Positions 31,082 to 39,434 of a stretch of DNA of 58,313 nucleotides are shown piece by piece. Every line of letters starts with the position of its first letter. Position 1 is the first letter of the stretch. Below the pieces are notes generated by a model. The model had not been told where the DNA came from. It saw nothing but the letters and a program-made list of their open reading frames with translations, and searched no databases. Where the stretch lies: assembly GCA_036839005.1 (NCBI GenBank), contig DAITFD010000001.1:23766-82078 (forward strand). Direction: 5' to 3'. This DNA comes from Chitinophagaceae bacterium (GTDB lineage: Bacteria > Bacteroidota > Bacteroidia > Chitinophagales > Chitinophagaceae). The translations under genes were made by a program, and so were the position numbers.

Positions 31082-32890
31082 ATGAACATACGTAACATCG
31101 CAATCATTGCCCACGTTGACCACGGAAAAACAACCTTAGTTGACAAAATCTTACACGCTTCAAAAGTTTTCAGAGAGAACCAGGAAACCGGCGATTTAAT
31201 CATGGATAGTAACGACCTGGAAAGAGAACGGGGCATTACCATTTTTAGCAAGAACGCTTCTGTTACGTATAACGACGTAAAAATTAATGTGATTGATACC
31301 CCTGGTCACGCTGATTTTGGAGGAGAAGTAGAGCGCGTATTGAAAATGGCAGACGGGGTGATATTGCTGGTAGATGCTTTTGAAGGCCCAATGCCACAAA
31401 CACGTTTCGTGTTGCAGAAAGCACTCCAGCTGAATCTGAAACCTATTGTAGTTATCAATAAGGTGGATAAACCCAATTGTCGTCCGGATGAAGTGCACGA
31501 TGCCGTGTTTGAACTCTTCTTTAATTTGGATGCCACTGAGGAACAGCTTGATTTTCCCACCTTTTATGGATCAGGAAAAAATGGCTGGTTCAATGATTCC
31601 CTCACACCTTCAGAAGATATTACACCCCTGCTCGACGGTATCCTGAAATACGTACCCGAACCACAGGTTAGCGAAGGATACCTGCAAATGCAGATTACCT
31701 CACTGGAATACTCTTCTTTTCTCGGTCGTATAGCCGTAGGTAAAGTAGCGAGAGGAGTGATCAAAGAAAATCAACCCATCTCACTGATGCAGGCCGATGG
31801 AAGCATCAAAAAATCGCGCGTGAAGGAACTGTATGTGTTTGAAGGAATGGGTAAGAAGAAAGTAACCGAAGTACATGCGGGCGATATATGTGCGGTAGTA
31901 GGATTGGAAGATTTTAATATTGGTGATACCATTGCAGATTTCGACAACCCCGAAGCGTTGCCGGTAATCAGTGTAGATGAACCCACAATGAACATGTTGT
32001 TCAGCATCAACAACTCACCGTTTTTTGGAAAAGACGGAAAGTTTGTAACGAGCCGCCACCTGCGCGACCGTTTGATGAAGGAAATGGAAAAAAATCTGGC
32101 ACTGCGGGTGGAAGACAGTGATAATGGCGACAGCTTCATCGTGTATGGCCGTGGTATTCTTCACCTGGGTGTATTGATTGAAACCATGCGCCGCGAGGGA
32201 TATGAATTAACCGTAGGTCAACCTCAGGTAATTGTAAAACATATTGACGGTGTGAAGTGCGAGCCGTATGAAAACTTAGTGGTAGACGTGCCGCAGGAAT
32301 TTGCCAGTAAGGTAATTGATCTGGTAACCCGTCGTAAAGGGGAGATGCACGTGATGGAAACCAAAGGGGAAATGCAACACCTCGAATTTGAAATTCCGAG
32401 CCGTGGTTTGATAGGATTGAGAACACAAATGCTAACCGCTACTACCGGTGAAGCAGTGATGGCGCATCGTTTCACAGAGTATAAACCCTGGAAAGGAAAT
32501 ATTCCCGGAAGAAACAATGGCGTGTTGCTTGCCAAGCAGGGTGGAACTACTACAGGTTATTCGATTGATAAATTACAAGATCGCGGAACCTTCTTTGTAG
32601 ATCCGGGAGAGGAAGTGTATGCAGGACAAATCATTGCTGAGCACATTAAGCCGGGTGATTTGGTGGTGAATGCCATTGAAGGAAAGAAACTCACCAACAT
32701 GCGCGCGAGCGGCAGTGATGCAGCTACCAACATTGCTCCCAAAACATTGATGACACTGGAAGAGTGCATGGAATATATTCAGCAGGATGAATGCATTGAA
32801 GTAACACCCAATTTTATCCGCATGCGTAAAGTGGTGCTGGATGAAGAAGAACGCAAGAAAGTATCTAAACAAATGGCCGCTGCTAACTAA
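31082..32890 (+). CDS. typA: Translational GTPase TypA/BipA
   Basis: IAHVDHGKTTLVD, ERERGITI, DTPGHADFGGEVER, GRGILHL, KKLTNMRASG. Confidence 0.98.
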   Translation: MNIRNIAIIAHVDHGKTTLVDKILHASKVFRENQETGDLIMDSNDLERERGITIFSKNASVTYNDVKINVIDTPGHADFGGEVERVLKMADGVILLVDAFEGPMPQTRFVLQKALQLNLKPIVVINKVDKPNCRPDEVHDAVFELFFNLDATEEQLDFPTFYGSGKNGWFNDSLTPSEDITPLLDGILKYVPEPQVSEGYLQMQITSLEYSSFLGRIAVGKVARGVIKENQPISLMQADGSIKKSRVKELYVFEGMGKKKVTEVHAGDICAVVGLEDFNIGDTIADFDNPEALPVISVDEPTMNMLFSINNSPFFGKDGKFVTSRHLRDRLMKEMEKNLALRVEDSDNGDSFIVYGRGILHLGVLIETMRREGYELTVGQPQVIVKHIDGVKCEPYENLVVDVPQEFASKVIDLVTRRKGEMHVMETKGEMQHLEFEIPSRGLIGLRTQMLTATTGEAVMAHRFTEYKPWKGNIPGRNNGVLLAKQGGTTTGYSIDKLQDRGTFFVDPGEEVYAGQIIAEHIKPGDLVVNAIEGKKLTNMRASGSDAATNIAPKTLMTLEECMEYIQQDECIEVTPNFIRMRKVVLDEEERKKVSKQMAAAN

Positions 32891-32912
32891 CAGATTACTG
32901 CAATGTTTATAT

Positions 32913-32939
32913 AAGGCTGTCTCTCGGGACAGCTTTTTT
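32913..32939 (+). terminator. Intrinsic terminator of typA
   Basis: AAGGCTGTC-tctcgg-GACAGCTTT followed by a T-tract. Confidence 0.8.
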
Positions 32940-32950
32940 ATTTTCAGGGG

Positions 32951-33774
32951 TTAAAAATCTTTAGGGTATAATGGTGATTGCTCCGGACCGCAACGTTGAA
33001 ACGATTCTGTATACTTTATTGCTGGAACTTTTGTTGTCCTTGCATTCTCCGACCATTGTTTAAAAACTGCCCTTTCATTTTCTGTGAGTTTGGATGTGAT
33101 TATCATATTTTCCGTGCAGCGTCTGGAGTTGTTTTGTAAATCACATCCATCTCGCCTTACCACTTTACAGTTTGGGTATCGTTGTTCAGCTTTATAATTA
33201 ATGTGAAAAATATTATCAGGAACACCACATTCAATGTACAAGATTTCCCTGTATCCGTTATTATGCTCAGTATAATCTTTACCCGCGATGTTGTAATTAT
33301 CAATAGAGAATATCGCTTTTCTCTTTTCAATCATTTTTACTTTTCTATTTCCAATCATAGTGTCACCCAAATCAAAATACATTTCCTCAAAGGGCGGTTC
33401 ATACTTCCAAAATCTGTATAACACGGTCTCTGTATTTGTTAACTGATAGTTGCATTGAACACTTGCAGTATCTGTGAATGAAAAATAATCCTGACATCGC
33501 ATAGTTCGCAAATCATGAAAAGTATATTTGAAAACTGGGTAAGTGTACCCAACTTGTTCTTGACCATCCGGTGGTTGTTCAACTACTTTTAGCTCATAAA
33601 TGACCATGCTATCTAAAAACCATATCTTACTCGATTTCAGGTAAATTGTATCAAAAATCCCTTTTGAGATTTCATTCATTACAAAAGTTCTGTCCTCATT
33701 ACCCCTTCATTAATATGTTTTTGTGAACATGCATTCATTGAATGAAGTAGGAAAACAATCAATAATATTCGCAT
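32951..33774 (-). pseudogene. AT-rich hypothetical exported protein/lipoprotein, apparently frameshifted near 33685-33710
   Basis: The 242-aa ORF (32951-33679) has no leader. A different frame from ATG 33774 encodes MRILLIVFLLHSMNACSQKHINEGVMRTELL* (signal peptide with Cys) and stops at the start of the long ORF. Confidence 0.55.
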
Positions 33775-34036
33775 ACGTGGGGGGAGTGACTTCATGATGG
33801 GATTATTTGTCATCAAGATAAACAACATAATAGATTATACAGAAATTCGATATAAAAATTGGACTCCCTGAAATGTTGCAAGTAAGTCATTCTAAAAATG
33901 TGCGTCATTTTTAGATTTGTTGGAAAAGATTATTTTGAGACTCGAACACGGAGAGGATAATTAATCAGTTTTGAGTGTACTTCCTCTCTTTGTTTTTTAA
34001 TGTTTTTCTTTAAACACAAAGGCCAGGGAGGGGATT

Positions 34037-34307
34037 TCCTTTGTGGTTAAATGAATTTTTTTAAAACCACAGAGGCCACTAAGATTAATTATTGTTTCTG
34101 GATTTTTATGTAATGCACGGAGACCACAGAGTGGATTTTCCATAGTGTTCTTTGCGTGTATTCCCTTTGTGTATCCTTTGTGGTTAAATGAATTTTTTTT
34201 AAACCACAGAGGCCACTAAGTTTAATAGTTGTTTCTGGATTTTTATGTAATGCACGGAGACCACAGAGTGGATTTCCATTGTGGTTACATGAATTTTTTC
34301 AAACCAC
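34037..34307. repeat. Tandem ~137-bp repeat (two copies plus a partial third) with CTTTGTGGTT...AACCACAGAG hairpins
   Basis: Units start at 34037 and 34174 and are near-identical over ~105 bp; partial copy at 34279-34307; recurring CACAGAG/CACGGAG words. Confidence 0.85.
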
Positions 34308-34503
34308 TAATCACAGCAACCACAGTATGCATCCCATATATGCAATTAAATCAAAATGCATTGATGGCTTTATATGTGTATAGTAGCAATTGCCGGTGAA
34401 ATATTACATTCTACTGCAATCCCGCCGGATCTCCCTTCATGCAGCAATAAGCCCATATCACTACAAACCCTGAAAATTCAAAGAATGCAGGTACCTTTGC
34501 AGC

Positions 34504-34725
34504 ATGAAATGGTTGGTATATACTTTATTATTGGTGCTGCTACTGATTAGTGTGGATGCCGCTGCCCAGTGCTCCATGTGCACCAAAACAGCCGCACAAC
34601 TGGGTGAAAAACCCGCCAAGGGCATGAACTCCGGTATTGTATACCTGATGCTTACACCGTTCATTATTGTAGGATACATTGGGGTACGCTGGTGGCGCAA
34701 CCGCAGAAATGAAAATCAGTTGTAG
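34504..34725 (+). CDS. Small conserved Bacteroidota membrane protein with QCSMC motif
   Basis: Signal peptide AAA-QCSMCTKTA, G.N.GI.YLM..P TM segment; TACCTTTG box 4 nt before the ATG. Confidence 0.8.
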   Translation: MKWLVYTLLLVLLLISVDAAAQCSMCTKTAAQLGEKPAKGMNSGIVYLMLTPFIIVGYIGVRWWRNRRNENQL

Positions 34726-35606
34726 TATTGGCGGATGATTCGGTGCAGGTTGTTTTCACCTGAATGTTCAAATGTTTTTTTGAGGTCTTCTTTCGAAACG
34801 TCGCGCATGCGTTGGCGTTGGATGAGTTTGTACGCTCTTTCAGCCAGCAACCAGGCCTTTCTCTCATGGGTATCCTGTTGCGTTCTGCCTTCTATCGCCT
34901 GCATTAATTTGTCCATCCCTTCACCGGTGGTAGCTGTTGTTTGAATAATAGGCACTTCTTCACGGTGATGCATAAACGCAGGAGCCAGCATCATGCGCAG
35001 GTTTTTTACAAAAGCATCTGCCCCCGGCCGATCGGCCTTGTTCACCACGAAGATGTCGGCAATTTCCATCAACCCTGCTTTCATGGTTTGTATTTCATCT
35101 CCGGCCTCGGGTACCAGCACCACCAGGGTTACATCTGCCAGTCCGGCAATCTCAATCTCACTTTGTCCTACCCCCACGGTTTCCACCATTATATAATCAA
35201 AGTCGGCGGCCTTCATCACTTCAGTAAGTTCTATAATACCGGGATGCAAACCACCCAGCGAGCCACGCGTAGCCAGCGAACGAATGAACACATCCGGATG
35301 GGTATACCATTGGTTCATGCGAATCCTGTCGCCCAATACAGCGCCGAGATTAAAAGGAGAAGATGGATCCACACAAATCACCGCCACTTTTTTTTGCTGT
35401 GCCACAATGCATCCAATCAGTTGATCCGTCAGCGTGCTTTTGCCGGCTCCGGGCGGGCCCGTAATACCAATCACCGGTACGGTGCGTACAGGAATACGTT
35501 CTAAAAAAACATCATATCCCTCTACTTCATTTTCAACGAGCGATAAGGCCCGCGCCAGCGATTTTCGGTTGCCCTGCTGAATTTGTTGAAGAAGGTGTTC
35601 CCACAT
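34716..35606 (-). CDS. meaB: Methylmalonyl-CoA mutase-associated GTPase MeaB
   Basis: GITGPPGAGKSTL, VDPSSPF..GAVLGDRIRM, ETVGVGQSE, VNKAD. Confidence 0.95.
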   Translation of the reverse strand: MWEHLLQQIQQGNRKSLARALSLVENEVEGYDVFLERIPVRTVPVIGITGPPGAGKSTLTDQLIGCIVAQQKKVAVICVDPSSPFNLGAVLGDRIRMNQWYTHPDVFIRSLATRGSLGGLHPGIIELTEVMKAADFDYIMVETVGVGQSEIEIAGLADVTLVVLVPEAGDEIQTMKAGLMEIADIFVVNKADRPGADAFVKNLRMMLAPAFMHHREEVPIIQTTATTGEGMDKLMQAIEGRTQQDTHERKAWLLAERAYKLIQRQRMRDVSKEDLKKTFEHSGENNLHRIIRQYYN

Positions 35607-35690
35607 GCCGCTAAATTAGACTACTTCATTCAACCGGTAAACCGTTTTTTTATTTTTTAAACGCGATACAAAAATTAATTTGCAGGAAGC

Positions 35691-36332
35691 ATGACGAATT
35701 TCATCCCCATATTTCCTTTAGGCATAGTGGTATATCCCAACGAACCCGTGAACCTGCACATCTTCGAACCCCGGTATAAACAACTGATTCAGGAATGTGT
35801 AGAGCAGAAAAAATATTTTGGCATCCCACCGGTTATTCAGGGGGAAGTGAAAGAGATGGGCACACTGATGGAAGTAGTGGAAATAACCAGGTTGCATGAT
35901 GACGGCAGTATGGATATTAAAACACGCGGACTCGAAGTGTTTAAAATACTGGAGATCATTCGGGAGTTGCCTGATAAATTATACAGCGGTGCTATCGTTA
36001 CCTATCCGGAAAATGTGGTGTCGGATGCACGGTTGGGGGTGATGAAAGAAATCCTTGCAGGACTTCGAAAAATTTTTGAACGGTTGCAAATATCTAAAGA
36101 ATTTTCAAAGCCAGACCATGCCATCAACAGTTATGATATTGCACATTTGGTGGGGATGACCATGGAGGATGAATATTTGTTGCTCGAACTCAACCGGGAA
36201 CTGCACCGCCAGGAGTTTATCAAACGCCACCTCGCCAAACTGGTACCGGCGGTTACCGAATTAGAAGAAATCAAAGACCGTATCAAATTAAATGGACACT
36301 TTAAAGATCTGGAGGGATTTAGTTTTTCATGA
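35691..36332 (+). CDS. LON peptidase substrate-binding domain protein
   Basis: IPIFPL..V.YP.E...LHIFEPRYKQLI. Confidence 0.9.
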   Translation: MTNFIPIFPLGIVVYPNEPVNLHIFEPRYKQLIQECVEQKKYFGIPPVIQGEVKEMGTLMEVVEITRLHDDGSMDIKTRGLEVFKILEIIRELPDKLYSGAIVTYPENVVSDARLGVMKEILAGLRKIFERLQISKEFSKPDHAINSYDIAHLVGMTMEDEYLLLELNRELHRQEFIKRHLAKLVPAVTELEEIKDRIKLNGHFKDLEGFSFS

Positions 36333-37072
36333 GTGATTCAACCCTTTGCCTCGATTTTGGCAACACACGTAAAAAGGTGGCATTGTTCAATGCTTCCGGT
36401 GAAATGATTCAAACTGCGGATCTGGACGGAGAAGATACGCTTTCACAGGTGCGGCATTGGGTAGAAACCCACGAACCGGCCTGCAGTATATTGTCGTCGG
36501 TCATTCATCATCACGAATCACTGGAACCGTATCTGGCTACGTCAACCAGCTTTCACCGTTTGTCGCATCATACCCGGTTGCCGTTTACAACACCGGTGTC
36601 GAAACCGGACAGCATCGGGGCCGACCGGCTGGCACTGGCTGCTGCGGCGGTGCATTATTTCCCCGGAAAAAACAATCTGGTCATCGGCCTGGGAAGCTGT
36701 ATTACCTACAACTTCATCAATAAATACCATCAGTTTTTGGGTGGAGGGATATCCCCCGGCAAATCCATGCGTTTCAGGGCCATGCACGAATACACCGCCA
36801 AGTTACCCCTCACTGAAGCCCTGTTTCATCCGCCACTGGTTGGCTACGATACCGCCACCAATCTGCAGAGCGGAGTGATGCACGGAATGGCCGCAGAAAT
36901 TGACGGAATCATTGATCAATATGCCGCAAAATACCGGAACTTTAACGTGGTTTTAACCGGGGGTGATACACCCTATTTTGCCACTCAACTGAAAAACGGG
37001 ATATTTGCCGACTTTAACTTTTTATTCAAAGGATTATATGCACTCAGTTTGCTCAATAACAAAGGGTTGTAA
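36329..37072 (+). CDS. coaX: Type III pantothenate kinase
   Basis: LDFGNT..K, GADR, GGGISPG, LTGGD. Confidence 0.93.
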   Translation: MSDSTLCLDFGNTRKKVALFNASGEMIQTADLDGEDTLSQVRHWVETHEPACSILSSVIHHHESLEPYLATSTSFHRLSHHTRLPFTTPVSKPDSIGADRLALAAAAVHYFPGKNNLVIGLGSCITYNFINKYHQFLGGGISPGKSMRFRAMHEYTAKLPLTEALFHPPLVGYDTATNLQSGVMHGMAAEIDGIIDQYAAKYRNFNVVLTGGDTPYFATQLKNGIFADFNFLFKGLYALSLLNNKGL

Positions 37073-38408
37073 AAAAATTGCAACGCTGCTTGTTGTTGTT
37101 TGTTCTGCCTTTTCTGCCATCGCTCAGGAAAACTCTCCTTACTCCCGATACGGAATCGGAGATGCTACCATTAACCGGCACATCATCAACCGGGGCATGG
37201 GCGGCATCAGCGCCGGATATCAGTCATGGAACAGTGCAAACCTGGTAAATCCTGCGGCCAATTACCTGTCAAACCGGTCATCTAAAGTATTCAACCCGTT
37301 TGTACTTTTCGATGTGGGTGCTGAAGTGAATATGCGCAACCTGAAAAGCAACATTGCTCCCGAGAAATACAGGGCCATCAATACCACCATCAGCTACCTG
37401 CATTTCGGTTTCCCGGTAACATCTACCAAAATGGCCGCAAAAAATAAATTCTGGGCATTCAACTTTGGATTAAAACCAATTACGCGCATCGCCTATAAAA
37501 TCGACAATCGCAACCGCCTGCCGGGGATTGATTCAGCACAAACATTGTATGAAGGTTCGGGCGGATTAAATCAGGCTTACATCGGAACGGCTGTACGCAT
37601 TAAAAACCTGAGCCTCGGGTTTAATATGGGATATGAGTTCGGGAATAAAACCATCAACAACAAAAGAGGTTTCATCAACGATACGCTGGTTTACTACATC
37701 GCCAGTTATGAAGAGAAAACAACTTTCAACGGACTGAGCTATACTGCGGGTATGCAGTACGATATTCCAATGAAAAGTGGTTTGCTGAAACTGGGGGCTT
37801 ACGGAACCTTTGCGCATAATCTTTCCGCCAATCGTAATGCAGTGGTGAAAACAGTAGAGATTGGATTTTCGGGAGAGGAAATTCCGGTGGATACCGTGAA
37901 AATTTCAGATAATGAAAAAGGCGACATCAAATACCCGTTAACCTGGGGCGCCGGTTTTACCTTTCAGGATAAAAATGAACAATGGTTGTTCGGGATTGAT
38001 TACGAACAAACCCGCTGGAGCGATTTTCGTGTGTATGACGAAGTAGAGCCAACTCAAAACACGTATATGATTCGCGGCGGTGTGCAATATTATCCTGCTA
38101 AAAAAGATGTGCCCATTACCCGGTATGGCAAATCCATCCGGTACAGGCTGGGCTTTTATTACGGGACAGATGCCATCCGCCTGACCGATGAAGCCCGTAA
38201 AGATTATGCCGTAACCTTCGGAGCCGGACTGCCCCTGAGCAGCCCGAAAAGTGTACGCAGTTTTTCAAACATCGCAGTGCTGAACACATCCGTTGAAATT
38301 GGCGGACGCGGCAATAAAAATACCGGTGCCATTCGTGAAGGACTGATGCGATTCAATGTAGGTGTTTCTTTCTCCGGCAACTGGTTCCAAAAACGTAAGT
38401 ACTTTTAA
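37038..38408 (+). CDS. Outer membrane beta-barrel protein (FadL/PorV-like) between coaX and lptC
   Basis: Signal peptide then QENSPYSRYGIG, GMGG, NPA, YEGSGGLN; aromatic C-terminus WFQKRKYF. Confidence 0.75.
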   Translation: MHSVCSITKGCKKIATLLVVVCSAFSAIAQENSPYSRYGIGDATINRHIINRGMGGISAGYQSWNSANLVNPAANYLSNRSSKVFNPFVLFDVGAEVNMRNLKSNIAPEKYRAINTTISYLHFGFPVTSTKMAAKNKFWAFNFGLKPITRIAYKIDNRNRLPGIDSAQTLYEGSGGLNQAYIGTAVRIKNLSLGFNMGYEFGNKTINNKRGFINDTLVYYIASYEEKTTFNGLSYTAGMQYDIPMKSGLLKLGAYGTFAHNLSANRNAVVKTVEIGFSGEEIPVDTVKISDNEKGDIKYPLTWGAGFTFQDKNEQWLFGIDYEQTRWSDFRVYDEVEPTQNTYMIRGGVQYYPAKKDVPITRYGKSIRYRLGFYYGTDAIRLTDEARKDYAVTFGAGLPLSSPKSVRSFSNIAVLNTSVEIGGRGNKNTGAIREGLMRFNVGVSFSGNWFQKRKYF

Positions 38409-38411
38409 GGT

Positions 38412-38972
38412 ATGAAATACCGCATCCTGTTATTTTTCCTGTGTGGTTACCTGGTGGTAACATCCTGTGAAAATGATGAATCTAAAGTGCGGCAAATGCT
38501 CAATAAACGCGTGGGGGTAGAAGAGGCCGACAGTGTAACGATTAATTACACCACCGGCGGAAAAATTAAAGCCGTGCTTACATCTCCCCTGATGTTGCGT
38601 GTACAGGATACCGTTAGTTTGATTGAATTTCCCCAATCTTTGCAGGTGATTTTTTACAATGAGGGCGGAGTTGCTGAAAGCAAATTGTCGGCCCTGTATG
38701 GCAAGTACCGTGAATACAGAGATGAAGTGTTTTTGAAAGACAGTGTGCGGGTTATCAATTTTTTAAAAGGCGATACCCTGATGACGGAAGAACTCTACTG
38801 GGACCGCTCCCGCACGGGACGGGAATTTTATACCAACAAGCCCGTACGCATCCGCACCAAAACGCAGATACTCGACGGGATAGGCATGGAGGCTAGCCAA
38901 GATTTTAAAAACTACCACATTCTGGAAAGCACCGGCATCCTTGATCTCCCCGCATCAGCGCTTCCTCAGTAA
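38412..38972 (+). CDS. lptC: LPS export periplasmic protein LptC
   Basis: Lipoprotein (TSC), EFP..L.V.FY, GDTL.TEELYWD, FYT.KPVRI, G.GMEA.QDF. Confidence 0.85.
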   Translation: MKYRILLFFLCGYLVVTSCENDESKVRQMLNKRVGVEEADSVTINYTTGGKIKAVLTSPLMLRVQDTVSLIEFPQSLQVIFYNEGGVAESKLSALYGKYREYRDEVFLKDSVRVINFLKGDTLMTEELYWDRSRTGREFYTNKPVRIRTKTQILDGIGMEASQDFKNYHILESTGILDLPASALPQ

Positions 38973-39024
38973 GCACCCTTCCACGGTTTAACACTGTTTT
39001 TATGTAAAAATCGGATGACCTTCC

Positions 39025-39047
39025 TATATTTGCAACATTGTAGCAAA
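39025..39047 (+). promoter_or_regulatory. -7 box TATATTTG overlapped by the palindromic operator TTTGCAACATTGTAGCAAA
   Basis: TAnnTTTG at 39025-39032; the operator at 39029-39047 matches the box at 13404-13422 at 17/19. Confidence 0.6.
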
Positions 39048-39049
39048 AA

Positions 39050-39391
39050 ATGATTCTGAGGCGCACATCCTTTTTACCGTTCATCTCCTTCGGGCTGATG
39101 GTGTTGTTTCTGCTGGGAACCACACCGCGCCAGTTTGTGCACGATTTATGCCAGGATCACCAACATGCAACCTCCTTACCCGACAATGATCATCATCCTC
39201 AGCTGAACGAAGCCGATTATTATTGCGGATACAATACACCGGTTGCCACTGTACCCTATCTGCCAACTCCGTACATTCATTTCACAGTCATTCAGCCAAC
39301 GTCTGCTGCGTATTTTAGTCAGCAGGTGTATGCTGTTGTAGAACAGGAAAGTATACGAACCTCTCTTCGTGGTCCGCCTGCTGTAGTATAA
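39050..39391 (+). CDS. His/Cys-rich leader protein with C-terminal RGPP motif (DUF2946/CruR-like)
   Basis: N-terminal hydrophobic helix, HDLCQDHQH..DHH..YYC, ends SLRGPPAVV; directly upstream of a TonB-dependent receptor. Confidence 0.7.
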   Translation: MILRRTSFLPFISFGLMVLFLLGTTPRQFVHDLCQDHQHATSLPDNDHHPQLNEADYYCGYNTPVATVPYLPTPYIHFTVIQPTSAAYFSQQVYAVVEQESIRTSLRGPPAVV

Positions 39392-39434
39392 CATTACACA
39401 GTAACCCTATTTTTTCCTGCTTCAATTTTTATCA

